This document shows positions 11,280 through 24,751 of a stretch of 64,000 nucleotides of DNA, one piece after another; the first letter of the stretch is position 1, and each line of letters starts with the position of its first letter. This DNA comes from Mustelus asterias (lineage: Eukaryota), in assembly GCF_964213995.1 (NCBI RefSeq), contig NC_135830.1, positions 10,726,001 through 10,790,000 of the forward strand, read 5' to 3'. Both the position numbers and the translations under genes were made by a program. The notes beneath the pieces were generated by a model. That model was not told where the DNA came from, searched no databases, and worked only from the letters and a program-made list of their open reading frames with translations.

Positions 11280-11900
11280 AGTTCCAAGATGTTAGGTAAA
11301 GAATGTAAGGCTCCCTCTACATTGCCACATTAAACACTCCCAGGGCAGGTGCAGCACTGGTTATACACAAAATGAAGCTCACTCTACACTGTCCCATCAA
11401 ACAGATCTGGAGCACGTGGACTGGTAAGAAACTCAAACATAGTGAAGGTATGCAGACCAGGAGCTCTAGACGAGGTAAACGTCCTTTGCACTCTTCCTTC
11501 AGAGAGTTTCAAGGCAGGTTTGCACTGATGGTAGGTACAGCGTAATGCCCCCTCTACACTATCCCACTATACAAACGCAGATCAGGTACAACAGTGATTA
11601 AATACAGATTAAATCTCCCGTTACACAATTATATCAAATATTCGCAGAGAAGCTGCAGGGAAGGTTAGATGGAAAGTAAACATTCCCCTACACTGCCCGA
11701 TCAATTACTCCAAGGGTTGCGACGGCACGGTTTAGATACAGGGTAAGTTCCTTCGGTACTGCCACATAACGTCATCATCATTATTTACTGCCCAGATGAG
11801 ATACAAATGGAAATGTCAGCTACCGTCTTATCAAACACTCCAAGGTCATTGAATGCTCAAGAGATCATTGAGAAGAAAGCTCCCTCTATGGGTTCCAAAT
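11280..11900. repeat. Degenerate ~67-bp minisatellite
   Basis: ctccctctacactg..catcaaacactcccagg.caggtacagca..gttagataca motif at ~11311, 11378, 11548, 11615, 11683, 11749 and 11880. Confidence 0.8.
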
Positions 11901-12019
11901 CACTAAATTACATCTTTTTGGAGGCCGATGACTCAGGTGAAAGAATACATTGGGTAGACATTGACTTTATATTGTAGAGTGAAGATAATGACCGATCATG
12001 GAGACACAAGACACAGAAC

Positions 12020-13080
12020 CAGACAGGAGAAAGACAGAGAGAGAGATGAAACACAGGAAATCTCGACAAACAAAATTGCTGTGTCATTATATTTCTAGAT
12101 TAGAGGGAATCTTCCCTAATTCTGAACATAGATATAATAATGACGTTTTTCTCGTTTAATTGTTTCTCTCTATTTCTGTGCCATTTTGGTGGCGAAATTT
12201 TTGTTGTGTTTTTCTCATATAACTGATGAAGAAAACAATGTCCAAAGACAATCACTTCTGGAATCCGTTGATTGATTTGTTTCCAAATGTTAACACTTGA
12301 AAATGATATTTTGAAAGCTCTGAACTTAATGCAATTATAGTCACTCCTCTGCCTCGTGTTTTAATTTGCTTCATTTACGTCGATAAAATCGTCAATTAAG
12401 TTGACATCCAGTGGGATACCAGGCTGTTCAAAGATGCTTTATTGAATGTGTCATCAGAGCTTTCAGACAGGAGAAAGGCACAGAGGTGAAACACAGAAAA
12501 TCTCCACAAACAAAATATAATTGTCATTATACTTCTAGATTAGATAGAATCTTCCCTAATTCTAAACATAGATCTAATAATGACGTTTTTCTCGTTTAAT
12601 TGTTTGTCTCTATTTCTGTGCCGTTTTAGTGGCGAACCTTTTGTTGTGTTTTTGTCACCCCACATTCTAATCGGGGATTTCTATTTCTGTGTTTATTTAC
12701 AAAAAAACCTCACATGGCAGCAAAATCAGATAAGCAGTCACTTATTGATCATTTGCAACTCAAAATAGCAGTTTATTTTAAGAAGATTAGCAGTTGGTTC
12801 AAAATGAATGGAAACTTCTTGAAGATCCATTACACCAGATGCTGTTTAATTCAAATAAAACTGCATTCCAATTAAGAATTAGCTGTGAATGCTCTGATGT
12901 CACAATCAATAAAGCATTTTTGAACGATCTGGTATCCCACTAGATTTCAATTTAATTGACGATTTTATTTACTCAAACGAAGTAAATTAAAATATGAAGA
13001 AAATGCGTGACAATAAGTGCATTAAACTCAGAGGTTTCAATACTTCAAACTTGCATTTTTAAATGTTAACATTTGAAAAT
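12020..13080. repeat. Direct repeat (~12020-12215 / 12464-12652) interleaved with a ~180-bp inverted repeat (12280-12460 / 12891-13079)
   Basis: gaatcttccctaattct..aatgacgtttttctcgtttaattg occurs twice; gtgggataccag..ttcaaa.atgctttattga.tgtg.catcagagc is reverse-complemented at 12891-12940. Confidence 0.85.
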
Positions 13081-13299
13081 AGCTTGCATATATAAAACTT
13101 GTTTTCCCGAACTCAAATCGGCCCAAAGCACTTAAGGCACACCGATGTACTTATGCTGAATTTACCCACGACTGTAATTTTGAAAATTCAGCACTTAATT
13201 TGTATATAGCAAGCTCCCACAGTCCGAGATGTGATAAATGACCAGTGAATTTGTAATTTTTGTTGAAGAATGAATATTGGTTCAGGATACTGGGGAAAT

Positions 13300-15895
13300 A
13301 GAACAAGAACAAAGAACAAAGAACAATACAGCACAGGAACAGGCCCTTCGGCCCTCCAAGCCCGCGCCGCTCCCCGGTCCAGGATTGAATCCTGAATCCA
13401 GGATCCCCGCCCAATTTTCCAGCCTATCTACATCCTAATATCCTATCCACCGAGCTGTCCCTCACAGCTACGATGCTTTGTTCATCACAACCTATTAACT
13501 CACCCCCACCCCCTCATTCCAGACCATGTGATCTCCAGGGAGAGGCGACAACCCAGAGTGAAAACCCCAGGGCCAATATGGGGAAAAACAAATCTGGGAA
13601 ATTCCTCTCCGAACCCCTGAGGCGATCGAAACGAGTCCAGGAGATCACACTGGCCCTGATCGGAAAATGCTTCCCAACCCGATTCATTTCCACTTCTGCT
13701 TTACGAACACCATCTGAATTCCCTGCCCCCGAGACAGGTTCCCAACTATCCGCAGTCTCGCTCTGTACTGGCACCAGCAAGATGATCGACCGCAAACTTA
13801 CTGATCACCCCAGTTACTCCTTCTTCCAGATCATTTATATAAATCACAAACAGCAGAGGTCCCAATACAGAGCCCTGCGGAACACCACTAGTCACAGGCC
13901 TCCAGCCGGAAAAAGACCCTTCCACTACCACCCTCTGTCTTCTATGACCAAGCCAGTTCTCCACCCATCTAGCCACCTCCCCCTTTATCCCATGAGATCC
14001 AACCTTTTTCACTAGCCTACCATGAGGGACTTTGTCAAACGCTTTACTAAAGTCCATATAGACAACATCCACGGCCCTTCCTTCGTCAACCATTCTGGTC
14101 ACTTCTTCAAAAAACACCACCAGGTTAGTGAGGCATGACCTCCCTCTCACAAAACCATGCTGACTATCGTTAATGAGTTTATTCCTTTCTAAATGCGCAT
14201 ACATCCTATCTCTAAGAATTTTCTCCAACAACTTCCCCACCACGGACGTCAAGCTCACCGGCATATAATTACCCGGGTTATCCTTCCAACCCTTCTTAAA
14301 TAACGGGACCACATTAGCTATCCTCCAATCCTCTGGGACATCACCTGCGTCCAGAGACGAGACAAAGATTTGCGTCAGAGGCCCAACAATTTCACCTCTC
14401 GTCTCCCTGAGCAGCCTTGGATAGATTCCATCAGGCCCTGGGGATTTGTCAGTCTTTATATTCTCTAACAAACCGAACACTTCCTCCTTTGTAATGGAGA
14501 TTTTCTCCAACGGTTCAACACTCCCCTCCGAGACACTCCCAGTCAACACATCCCTCTCCTTTGTGAATACCGACGCAAAGTATTCATTTAGGATCTCCCC
14601 TACTTCTTTGGGCTCCAAGCATAAGGCCCCACTTTTGTCCCTGAGAGGTCCGATTTTTTCCCTAACAACCCTTTTGTTCCTAACGTATGAATAAAATGCC
14701 TTGGGATTCTCCTTAATCCTGTCTGCCAAGAACATTTCGTGACCCCTTTTTGCTCTTCTATTTCCCCGTTTGAGTCCTTTCCTACTTTCTTTGTACTCCT
14801 CCAGAGCTCCCTCCGTTTTTAGCTGCTTGGACCTAACATACGCCTCTCTTTTCTTTTTGACCAGTCCCTCAATTTCCCTGGTTATCCACGGTTCTCTAAT
14901 CCTACCCTTCCTATCCTTCTTTTTTACAGGCACATGCTTGTCCTGTAGCCCTAACAACCGTTCCTTAAAAGACTGCCACATACCAGATGTGGATTTTCCC
15001 TCAAACAGCCTCTCCCAATCAAGAACTGCCAATTTCTGCCTGATCCCACTAAAGTTAGCCTTCCCCCAATCCAACACCTTACCCTTGGGACACCACTCAT
15101 CCTTTTCCATCACTATCCTAAAGAATTGTGGTCACTATTTGCCACATGTTCCCCTACCGAAACTTTGAAGACCTGACCGGGCTCATTCCCCAGTACCAGG
15201 TCCAGTATAGCCCCCTCTCTAGTCGGACTGTCTACATATTGTTCCAACGAACCCTCCTGTACACATTTTACAAATTCCTCCCCATCCAGAGTCCCTGCCC
15301 TCAGCGATTTCCAGTCTACACCAGGGAAATTGAAGTCTCCCACTACAACAACCCTATTTTTCCTGCACCTATCCAGTATCTCCTGACATATCCATTCTTC
15401 CACTTCCCTTGGGCTGTTGGGGGGCCTGTAGTACACCCCCAACATAGTGGCTGCGCCTTTCCTGTTTCTAAGCTCCACCCAGAGTGACTCGTTACACGAC
15501 CCCTCTGAATTGTCCTCCCTCTGCACCGCTGTAATATGCTCTCCAACTAATACCGCTACTCCCCCTCCTCTTTTGGCCCCTCCTCTGTCTCGCCTAAAAC
15601 ACTTGTACCCCGGAATATTCAGCTGCCAGTCCTGTCCCTCTTTCAACCAAGTCTCTGTCACCGCAACCACATCCAAATTCCTCGTGCGCATTAAGGCCCC
15701 AAGTTCGTCTGTCTTACCTGCTACGCTCCTTGCATTGAAGTATAAGCACTCCAGACCTCCAGGCCCAGTGAGGTCGTCCTCCCCCAGAGTGCTCTTCTTC
15801 TTTGCCAGCCTTGTCCCAGCCCCAAGCTCGTCCCCAGCCTCCACACCTGTAGACCTAATATTTTGATCCTCACCCCCCTGCCATACTAGTTTAAA
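13300..15895 (-). mobile_element. CR1 LINE (endonuclease + partial RT) with a replaced RT C-terminus
   Basis: ORF 15113-15844 (YFNARS, VTETWL, GDFNFP, SDH) and frameshifted ORF 13746-15113 (RT up to GVISKFA). 13300-13787 is non-RT sequence ending in the standard CR1 tail. Confidence 0.93.
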
Positions 15896-18597
15896 CTAGT
15901 GTCAAACAAATTTGTCCTGCTTTTTAGAATTATATCAGTGAGACTGTGTACCCGGTCATCAACCCGAAATGTGAATCTGCTTCTCTCTCTCTGCAAATGC
16001 CGACTGACCTGCTGAGTTGCATTTTTGTTGTTTTTTAGTTTTGTGAAATCTGTAGTACTTTGCACTGTTTTGCTCATTCCCTGGATCTCGACATCACTGA
16101 CAAAGTCAGCATTAAAAGCCCGTCTTGAGAAGGTGGTTGTGAACCACCTTTATGAAAACCTGCCCTCTAGTCGGTTTTATTATTGTTTGACTTTCTACAG
16201 CAGGCTTGATATAGCTGAATGGCTCTTTCTACTATTTCAGAGGAACTGTGGAACTGGAGAGACATGTGGGACAGACAGGGTAAACATAGGAACTTATAAA
16301 ATGTGAACAGGAGTGGGCCACTGGGTCCTTCGAGCCAGCGCCTCCATTCAACATGATCATGGCTCATCCTCTATCTCAAGGCCACATTCCTGATTTCTGC
16401 CCACAGCCCATCATAACATTAAAATCCAAACAGACTATCTCTTTCTTGTTTATATTCAGTCAATTGACATCAATAGCCTTCTATTCTGGAGCATTCCTCA
16501 GGTTCACTCCTCCGATAATGAATCAGACAGTGTCAGTTCTTACTTTACTATAAAAAGCCCCTGATAGAGAGACAGAGCGAGCTCGGTGAATAGATGGATA
16601 TTACCTTTAAAAAATGGGTCTGTGGGTGAAAGGGACAATTATTTTTGGTTGGAGGAATATGCGTCGAGTTGTGAGGTGCTGTGTAAAATATCTAATTGTT
16701 CTCGTATTGTGCGTAATATTTTGTTGAAAGACGGGTGATTCCCGTAATATTCTCTTATTCAAAAGAAATTGAGGAACAAAAACAAACGTGCAAAGTTGCA
16801 CTGCAAATAGACACTGAGGGGCAATTTAGCATGACCAATCCACTTAAGCTGCACCTCTTTGGGCTGCGGGAGGCAACTAAAGAGACTTTGTGCCTGAAAA
16901 GATAAATCACAAAAATCTCATCAGAGGAAAATTCAGTGCTAGAAACAGATTACTTCACATACTTAATCTGTCGCCTCGCTTTCTCTCATAAAACACCAAA
17001 CACACTTAAAACTTTCTATTTTAGAATACCTCTGTGGGCCAAATCGTTGGTTGAATTTGCCCTCTTTTCTCCCAATCATTATGTCCTTTCAGTTGATGCG
17101 TTAACACCCAAATATTGTTATTTCTGTTTTTGTTTAAACTGGGAATGGAGGTGAATGTCATGCTGAGACTGGCAGCAATATTTGTGGTTGCTTTTGATGC
17201 TGTCAGAGCGAAGTCACCCTCACAGGCCAGAAGACTGTTCACGGTGATAACATCAAACTGACGCCGCCTGTTCTATTCTCAGGTAATACAACTTCCTGTC
17301 TCTATGCTGCCGGTTCCAAACCGCACATCTCACGTCTGAGCAGAAAATAAATCCAGGGACCACAATCTGGTGACAACATCTGTCAATGCGGCCTATATCT
17401 GTCTACAGAGTCAGGGCAGAGTCACACAGATCACATTGTAGTGACATTCACAAATAAGCCTGTTGTGATCTTTTCAGAGCTTCCATTCCAGGACGTAACC
17501 GGATGTTCAGTGGATCAGTCACTGAGCTCCCTCTGTTCTCTGAAGCCGGGAAATGATAGCTTGCTACCTTTTATTGTTTTAACATCCTTTCTCTATCTAT
17601 CCCTGCTCTTTATTGAGACTAAATAAAATCGTATATTTATACAGCTGACGTATTGTGCTAATCCTGTCTTTCGACGGAACTTGAGTGTGTGTGCGGATAA
17701 TTGCCAGGGACCATTCAGAAATTGATTACTATTTACAATCCATCGCTTTGAGCAGAGTAACACGAGATTGAACTTGTTTCGGAAAAGCAGAATTACCTTA
17801 AATTTTTGTTGCACTATTTTTTGCTCCCATAAGGTTTTGATGTTTTAACTTCTGAGTCATCAAATGTCTTCAGCTGAATATTTAAACCCTCGCTTGTACA
17901 AGCTGCTGGTTCTGACATTGATCTGTCTGTGTAAGTAGCGAACTATGGTAAGAATGAGAGAGAACATATGATTTTCTGTTTCTCTGACAGATTCACCGTT
18001 TTCACCTCAAATATCAAAAATGTCTAGAGTCTGCCATGATTGTCCTCCCCTTGAGAATATCAGTCGTTTGTCAGGCGGAGTCAGTCATTTCTGCGTTTTT
18101 TAAATCGTGTTTCCACTCCGTGTTTGCCACACAAATTCCTGGGTCACTCACAATGACTCAGAAACCTGCGATAAGGCTCTAAGAATCATTGCTTTCTTAT
18201 GTTAAGCACCAGTATTTCCACAAGCCCGCAGTTTCTGCTAAACGGGTAATTCAAATTCCAATACTCTAATTCTTTACGATTATTGTTCAAAACGTTACCT
18301 ATTCAGTTCTGAATAAGGATCTATCTCTGGTTTGGTATATTTGACTCCTCCCAGTTACAATTAGACAAAATGTTTTTTTTTCTGGAACGATCACACAAAT
18401 AACTTTACTGTTTATTCTAATGTTAGAGCAGGTATTTCTTGTTCCAATATTTGTTTATGTTACTCTCACGGGCAGTTTATTGTATCATTGCGCTGGCATA
18501 TCTGTCTATATTCATCATTTATGGGTTGCGGGCGGTGCTGGGAATGGTCAGCATCGTTGCTCATCTCTAATTTCCCCAGAGAAAGTGGTCACTGAAG

Positions 18598-18936
18598 TCA
18601 TAAAAACCCTACAGTGCAGAAAGAGGCCATTTGGCACATCGAGTCTGCACCGACCACAATCCCACCCAGGCACGACTCCCATACCACTACATATTTACCT
18701 GCTAATCCCTCTAACCTACGCATCTCAGGACACTAAGGGACAATTTTAGCATGGCCAATCAACCTAACCCGCACATCTTTGGACTGTGGGAGGAAACCGG
18801 AGCACCCGGAGGAAACCCACACAGACACGAGTAGAATGTGCAAACTCCACACAGACAGAGGCCCAAGCCGGGAATCGAACCCAGGTCCCTGGAGCTGTGA
18901 AGCAGCAATGCTAACCACTGTGCTACCGTGCCGCCC
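18598..18936 (-). mobile_element. HE1-like V-SINE (tRNA head, CR1-derived tail), full length
   Basis: GGGCGGCACGGTAGCACAGTGGTTAGCA..GGTTCGATTCCCGG head, central ctccgggtgctccggtttcctcccacagtccaaagatgtgc, tail ctgcactgtagggttt.tatga. Confidence 0.92.
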
Positions 18937-20794
18937 TTGTGATGAGTGACGAGTTGCCGTCTTAAACCGTTGCAGTGCATGTTCACCAGCCCCGACCGCT
19001 GTGTATATTACAGAAGGCCTGGTCTCTCTTTATGATGCACCTGATCTTGACTCATTTCATATTAGATTTTCTCGACTGTACAATCCACAGGGCGTCGAAT
19101 CAGTCCAATATATTAAGGGTGATGATCATGCAATTGGTGAAGGTAACGGTTAAGTATCTCCCGTGTCTGCGTGGGTTTCCTCCCACAGTTTGAAAGACGT
19201 GCTGGTTACGTGCATTGAAGCGAACAGGGGAATTTCACAGCAACTTCATTGCAGTGTTAATGTGAGCCTGACTTGTGACGAATCAATGAACTTTAACATT
19301 AACTTCTTAAACAGAAATATTGAACATTCTCTGGAAAGCAGCAGATGTTTCAATCCTTTTCATCAATAGGGATATGAAGTCTGCGAATTACAGGTGTATT
19401 TATCTCCTGTCAGTTATAGGCCCAGGTTCATTTTTGCCATAATTTTCACAAATCAGCACACATTTGAGTGTTATTTCAGAAGTGTAAGTGAAACGCCTAG
19501 ATGATCATTTGTCAGTAATCTGCTCGTCATTATCTGTCTGTATAGCGTGCAAGAAACAATACTTTTCACTGTCTGTTAATGTGACAATAATAAATCAAAG
19601 CAAATCAAAGACATGAGCTAGTGTGATATCAACAAAGACATAGTCAAGAGGAATTAAATGTAGGCAGTGCCGAGTACAATAATAATTGAGATAATGTGTA
19701 AAACAAACAGGGGCATGGTCCAGCCCAATAGTGACGGTGATGGCATGCAGCATCATAAAACTGTCACAGGGCTTAATGTAGTTTTATCTGATTCCAGGCA
19801 TGGTGCAATATAAATGTGATTTAATCCATTTTACAACTGATCGCTAAAGACAGATATGTCAACACTGAGAACGAAATAGACAATCTGAAATCACTTTATA
19901 AACAAGGGTGCACCACAGAATGGTTATCGGTAAATAGTTACAGCGTTAAATAATCTTCAATTGAAATACATGAACTGATTGGCATTTTCATACAATCACA
20001 GAGGGTCGAAATTATTTGAAGGTTATCACTGTGACAATTGAGTAGAAATTGCTAAAAGAAAACATAATTTCTCCAGACCTGCTGAGATTTTCCAGCATTT
20101 TCTGTTTTTGTTTCAGATTCCAGCACAGCAGTAATTTGTTTTTTTTATCATTTTTTCCAAAGTGGGTCATTAGAAAAGAGAATAGTTCAAATAAGTAAGC
20201 TCTCAAATATCTACGGCGAGAACTGATGTGATATTTCACGGACATAGATCCATAGAACCCTAAAGTGCTGAAAGAGGCCATCTGGCCCACTGCGTCTGCA
20301 TTCCACTTAGGCCCTCCTCTCTGTCCGATCCCTTAAACCCCGTGCATTTAAAATGGTCGATACAAATAACCTGCACATCTTTCGACTGTAAGGGGCAATT
20401 TAGCATGGCTAATACAGTGATCATAGTCAGTTTTAATATCAACGAAGGACAGGCTTTTGTGCAATAATACAGAGAAAGGACTGCGTGCAGCAGTTATTGA
20501 TACCGCACCTGTAATAAAATGAAGGGAGATTGGGTCCAGTTCAGTAATTGCCGAAAGAGGGTCGAGCGTAATAATAGCGTGCATTGTTTTGTAATATAAA
20601 CAGAGATAATGGCCACTATAATATCAACTGAGACAGGCTCTAGTATAATATAAACTGAGATATGCACCAAAGTAATATAAACAGAGACATGGACAAGGAC
20701 AGGTGGTTGGAGAAATGTTGGCGATTGTAAAACTCCATATCTCAATTGTCACTTCACAAGACCCTGTCTCTCCTGATATTGCAACTGCACATAA

Positions 20795-22072
20795 AAAACA
20801 TAAGAACACACGAACGAGGAGCAGGAGGAGGCTATCTGGCGCCATCCAACCTGCTCCGCCAATCAATATGATCATGGCTGATGTTTTTGTGGGCTCAGTT
20901 CCACTTACCCGCCCGCTCACCATAACCCTTAATTCCTTTACTGATCAAAACTTTATCTATCCTTGCGTTAAAAACATTCAATGAGGTAGCCTCAACTGCT
21001 TCACTGGGCGGGCAGTTCCACAGATTCACAACACTTTGTGTCAAGAAGTTTCTCTTCAACTCAGTCCTAAATCTGCTTCCCCTTATTTTGAGGCTACGCC
21101 TCCGAGTTCTAGTTTCACCCGCCAGTGGAAGCAACTTCCCTGCTTCTATCTTATCTGTTCCCTTCATAATCTTATATGCTTCTATGAGATCTTCCCTCAT
21201 TCTTCTGAATTCCAATGAGTATAGCCCCAGTCTATTCAGTCTCTCCTCATAAGCCAACCCTCTCAACTCCGGAATCAAACCAGTGAATTTCCTCTTCACT
21301 CCCTCCAGTGCCAGTATATCCTTTCTCAAGTAAGGAGACCAAAACTGTACACAGTACACCAAGTGTGGCCTCACCAGCACCTTACACAGCTACAACATAA
21401 CCTCGCTGTTTTTAAACCCCATCCCTCTAGCAAATTCAATTTGCCGTCTTAATTACCTGCTGCATCTGCAAACCAACTCCTTGAGACACCCAGGTCCCTC
21501 TGCACAGCAGCATGTTGCAATTTTTTACCATTTAAATGCTAGTCCATTTTGCTGTTATTCCTATCAAAATGGACGACCTCACATTTACCAACATTGTACT
21601 CCATCTGCCAGACGCTCGCCTACTCATTTACACTTTCAGCGTCCTCTACACTTTGCTCTTCCACCCATCTTAGTGTCATCTGCGAATTTTGACACACTAC
21701 ACTTGGTCCCCAACTTCAAATCATCGATGTAAATCATAAACAATTGCAGTCCCAACACTGATCCCTGAGGCACACCACTAGTCACTGATCGCCAACCAGA
21801 AAAACACCCATTTACCCCCACCCTTTGCTTTTTGTTAGTTAACCAATCATCTATCCATGCTAATACATTACCCGTAACACCGTGCACCTTTATCTTATGT
21901 AGCAGTCTTTGGGGCGGCATCTCCTCAATGCCTTCTGGAAATCCAGATACACCACATCCACAGGTTCCCCTTGTCCACTGCACATGTAATGTTCTCAAAG
22001 AATTCCACCAAATTAGTCAAACATGACCTGCCCTTCATGAACCCATGCTGCACCTTACCAATGGGACAATTT
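20795..22072 (-). mobile_element. CR1 LINE 3' part
   Basis: ORFs 21636-21998 ([17 protein letters not shown]) and 20895-21380 ([14 protein letters not shown]). Confidence 0.93.
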
Positions 22073-22129
22073 ATAACATGTTACTGTTTGCATCAGGCGA
22101 GATTCTGTCTCAGTTATTACACTGCCAGA

Positions 22130-22749
22130 TGGATCACCAGCAACCTGTCCTGATTACCCCATGCCGACATTATAGTTAAGAAAGCCCACCAACGCCTCTA
22201 CTTTCTCAGAAGACTAAGGAAATTTGGCATGTCAGCTATGACACTCAGCAGCTTTTACAACTGTCACATGGAAAACATTCTTTCTGTTTGTATCACAGCT
22301 TGGTATGGCTCCTGCTCTGCCCAATACCGCAAGCAACTACAAAAGATCGCGAATGTAGCCCAATCCATCACGCAAACCAGCCTCCCAACCGTTGTCTCTG
22401 TCTACACTTCCCGCTGCCTCGGCAAAACAGCCAGCATAATTAATGACCCCACACACCCCGGACATTCTCCCTCCCAACTTCTTCCTTCGGGAAAAAAGAT
22501 ACAAAAGTCTGTGGTCACGCACCAACTCAACAACAGCTTCTTCCCTGCTGCTGTCAGACATTTGAATGGACTTACCTTGCATTAAGTTGACCTTTCTCTA
22601 CACCCTAACTATGACTGTAACACTACATTCTGTACTCGTTTCCTTCTTTATGAAGGTAATGTTTTAGTCTGTATAGCGCACAAGAAACAATATTTTTCAC
22701 TGTATGTTAATACATGTGACAATAATAAATCAAATCAATTCAAATCAAA
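22130..22749 (+). mobile_element. Rex1/Babar-like LINE 3' fragment
   Basis: KKAHQRLYFLRRLRKFG and FYNCHMENILSVCITAWYG motifs; tail gtgacaataataaatcaaatcaa. Confidence 0.75.
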
Positions 22750-23501
22750 GACATGAGCGAGTGTGATACCAACAAAGATATAGTCAAGAGGAATTAAATG
22801 TAGGCAGTGCCGAGTACAATAATAACTGAGATGTGTAAAACAAACAGGGGCGTGGTCCAGCCCAATAATGACGGTGATGTGATCCAGCATCATAAAACTG
22901 ACACAGGGCTTAATGTAGTTTTATCTGATTCCAGGCATTGTGCAATATAAATAGAGACAAAGTCTGATATGGTAATTTCAGACTAAGGTCTTAGATTAAA
23001 ATAGTTTTGACATGGACAAGTGCAACTGTGCAAGAACATGACACAGGACAATAATAACAGAGACAGGTTGTTGTTCGGTATAAACAGGAACATGGACTGG
23101 TACAACAGTGATTGAGATATTTTCGATGTTAGTGCATACGTGACAGGTTCTAGCAATGTAATAACTGAGACCGAGTCTCGTCTAAAGCAAACGGTAACAT
23201 GTTCAGTTGCAGTGTCAGGAGAGAAAGGGTCTAGTGAAGTAAAAATTGAGATATGGAGTTTTATAATATTAGCCGAGATATAATTCACGGTTGTTGCGTA
23301 TCAGCTGAGGCTTCGTTCAGTATAGTAATTACTAGGATTTTGCAGAGTACTGAAACAACTGAAAATTGTTGTCATATAATCAGAAAAATGATTTAGTGTC
23401 ATATAAACAGAGATTGGGTCCAGTTCAAGATGAGCAGAGACTGAGTCCATTGCAATGATAATTGAGATAATTTGCTTAAGGTGACAACAATCGCGGTTTC
23501 A

Positions 23502-23515
23502 CTGCCATCTGGTGG
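23502..23515 (-). promoter_or_regulatory. CTCF-like motif
   Basis: Minus strand CCACCAGATGGCAG matches the CCASYAGRKGGCRS core. Confidence 0.5.
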
Positions 23516-23559
23516 ACACATTTTTCTATTGCCGATGTTGTGAAAACGACAATTTTAGC

Positions 23560-23855
23560 TGTTTGTTTCCTGGGATGTGTGCCTCGCTTGCAAGGCCAGC
23601 ATTTGTTGGCAATCTCTAATAGGATGAATTTATTGGCTTTCTAGGCAAACTCAGAGGGCAGTTATGTGCGCCGGGAGACACGTATGGGCCAAACTGAGTA
23701 AAGGTGGAAGATTTACCATTACTGGACACTTGCAAAGCAGATGTGTTCTTTAGGACAATAGTCTCATGGCCAACGTTACGGAAACTCGACCTGAGAACAT
23801 AGTCTCGGCCTCGGAATTATCAACCCAATAATAATACCACTATGCCACTGTCTCC
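23560..23855 (-). mobile_element. SacSINE1-like SINE, diverged
   Basis: Homologous to the other SacSINE-like copies; tRNA-like head (ataccactatgccac on plus) near 23835-23850. Confidence 0.6.
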
Positions 23856-23864
23856 CCTGCCAAC

Positions 23865-24068
23865 ATGAGAGATCACACGACGCCAGGTTATAGTCCAACA
23901 GGTTGATATGAAATAACAAGCTTTCGGGGCGCTGCTCGTTCGTCAGGAGAAGAAAGAGCAGCGCTCCCAAAGCTTGTGATTTCAAGTTGACCTGTTGGAT
24001 TATAACCTGGTGTCGTGTGACTTCTCATCTTGTTCACTCCAGTCCAACACCGGCATTTCTACATCATG
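23865..24068. mobile_element. Inverted pair of Penelope-like terminal repeats with a hammerhead remnant
   Basis: Arms 23865-23940 and ~23953-24028 are reverse complements; minus strand CTGACGA-ACGAGCAGCGCCCC-GAAA at 23946-23922. Confidence 0.75.
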
Positions 24069-24751
24069 CCCTGCCAGAAGTCATGGAATACTTAGAGAAT
24101 AACAGAGAAAAAGGCCATTTGGCCCGTAGTGTATGTGCTGGCCCTCTAAAGAAGCAAGTAATCAAATAACACTATACCTCGCAGTCCAGCACTTTTGTTC
24201 ATTTCAGATAATAATCCTGCATCAATTGATCCTGCCTCCACCATACTCTCAAACATCACATTCCCGATCTGATTCAGTCACTGTATGAAAACGGTTTTCG
24301 TTGTGTCTCCATGTTTCTTTTGCCAATTACATTCAATCTGCGCCCTCTGGTACAAAATCCGTCTATCAATGTGAACAGACCCTCTCCATCAACACTTTAT
24401 GATTTTGAATGCCTCGATCAGGTCAGCTCTGTACATTCCCGTCAAGAAAAAACAATCCCAACTGCTCTAATCTTTCTTCATTTGTAAAGTTACCCATCCC
24501 TAACTAAACTAGGTAATTTCAGAGGCATTTAAGAGTCAACAATATTGCTATAGACAGCGGCGAGAACTCCCCCGCTCTTCTTTCGAATCGTCTGATGGCA
24601 TCTTTCGCATTCTGGCGCTACATCCACTTCCTGCCTCTTAATTCCATACTGAATAAGAAAGTAATGGATTCACCAGACCCACACTGAGACTCGGTTTCTC
24701 CGTCTCCCTGTGGAGTATTCCCCCTTCCTCTGTTAGAAGGTTCTGATGACT

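Noticed and set aside
17160-17290. Leader-like MLRLAAIFVVAF and V-start-like QSEVTLT
   Set aside because: They are in different frames, with no Cys/Trp/YYC motifs or RSS following.
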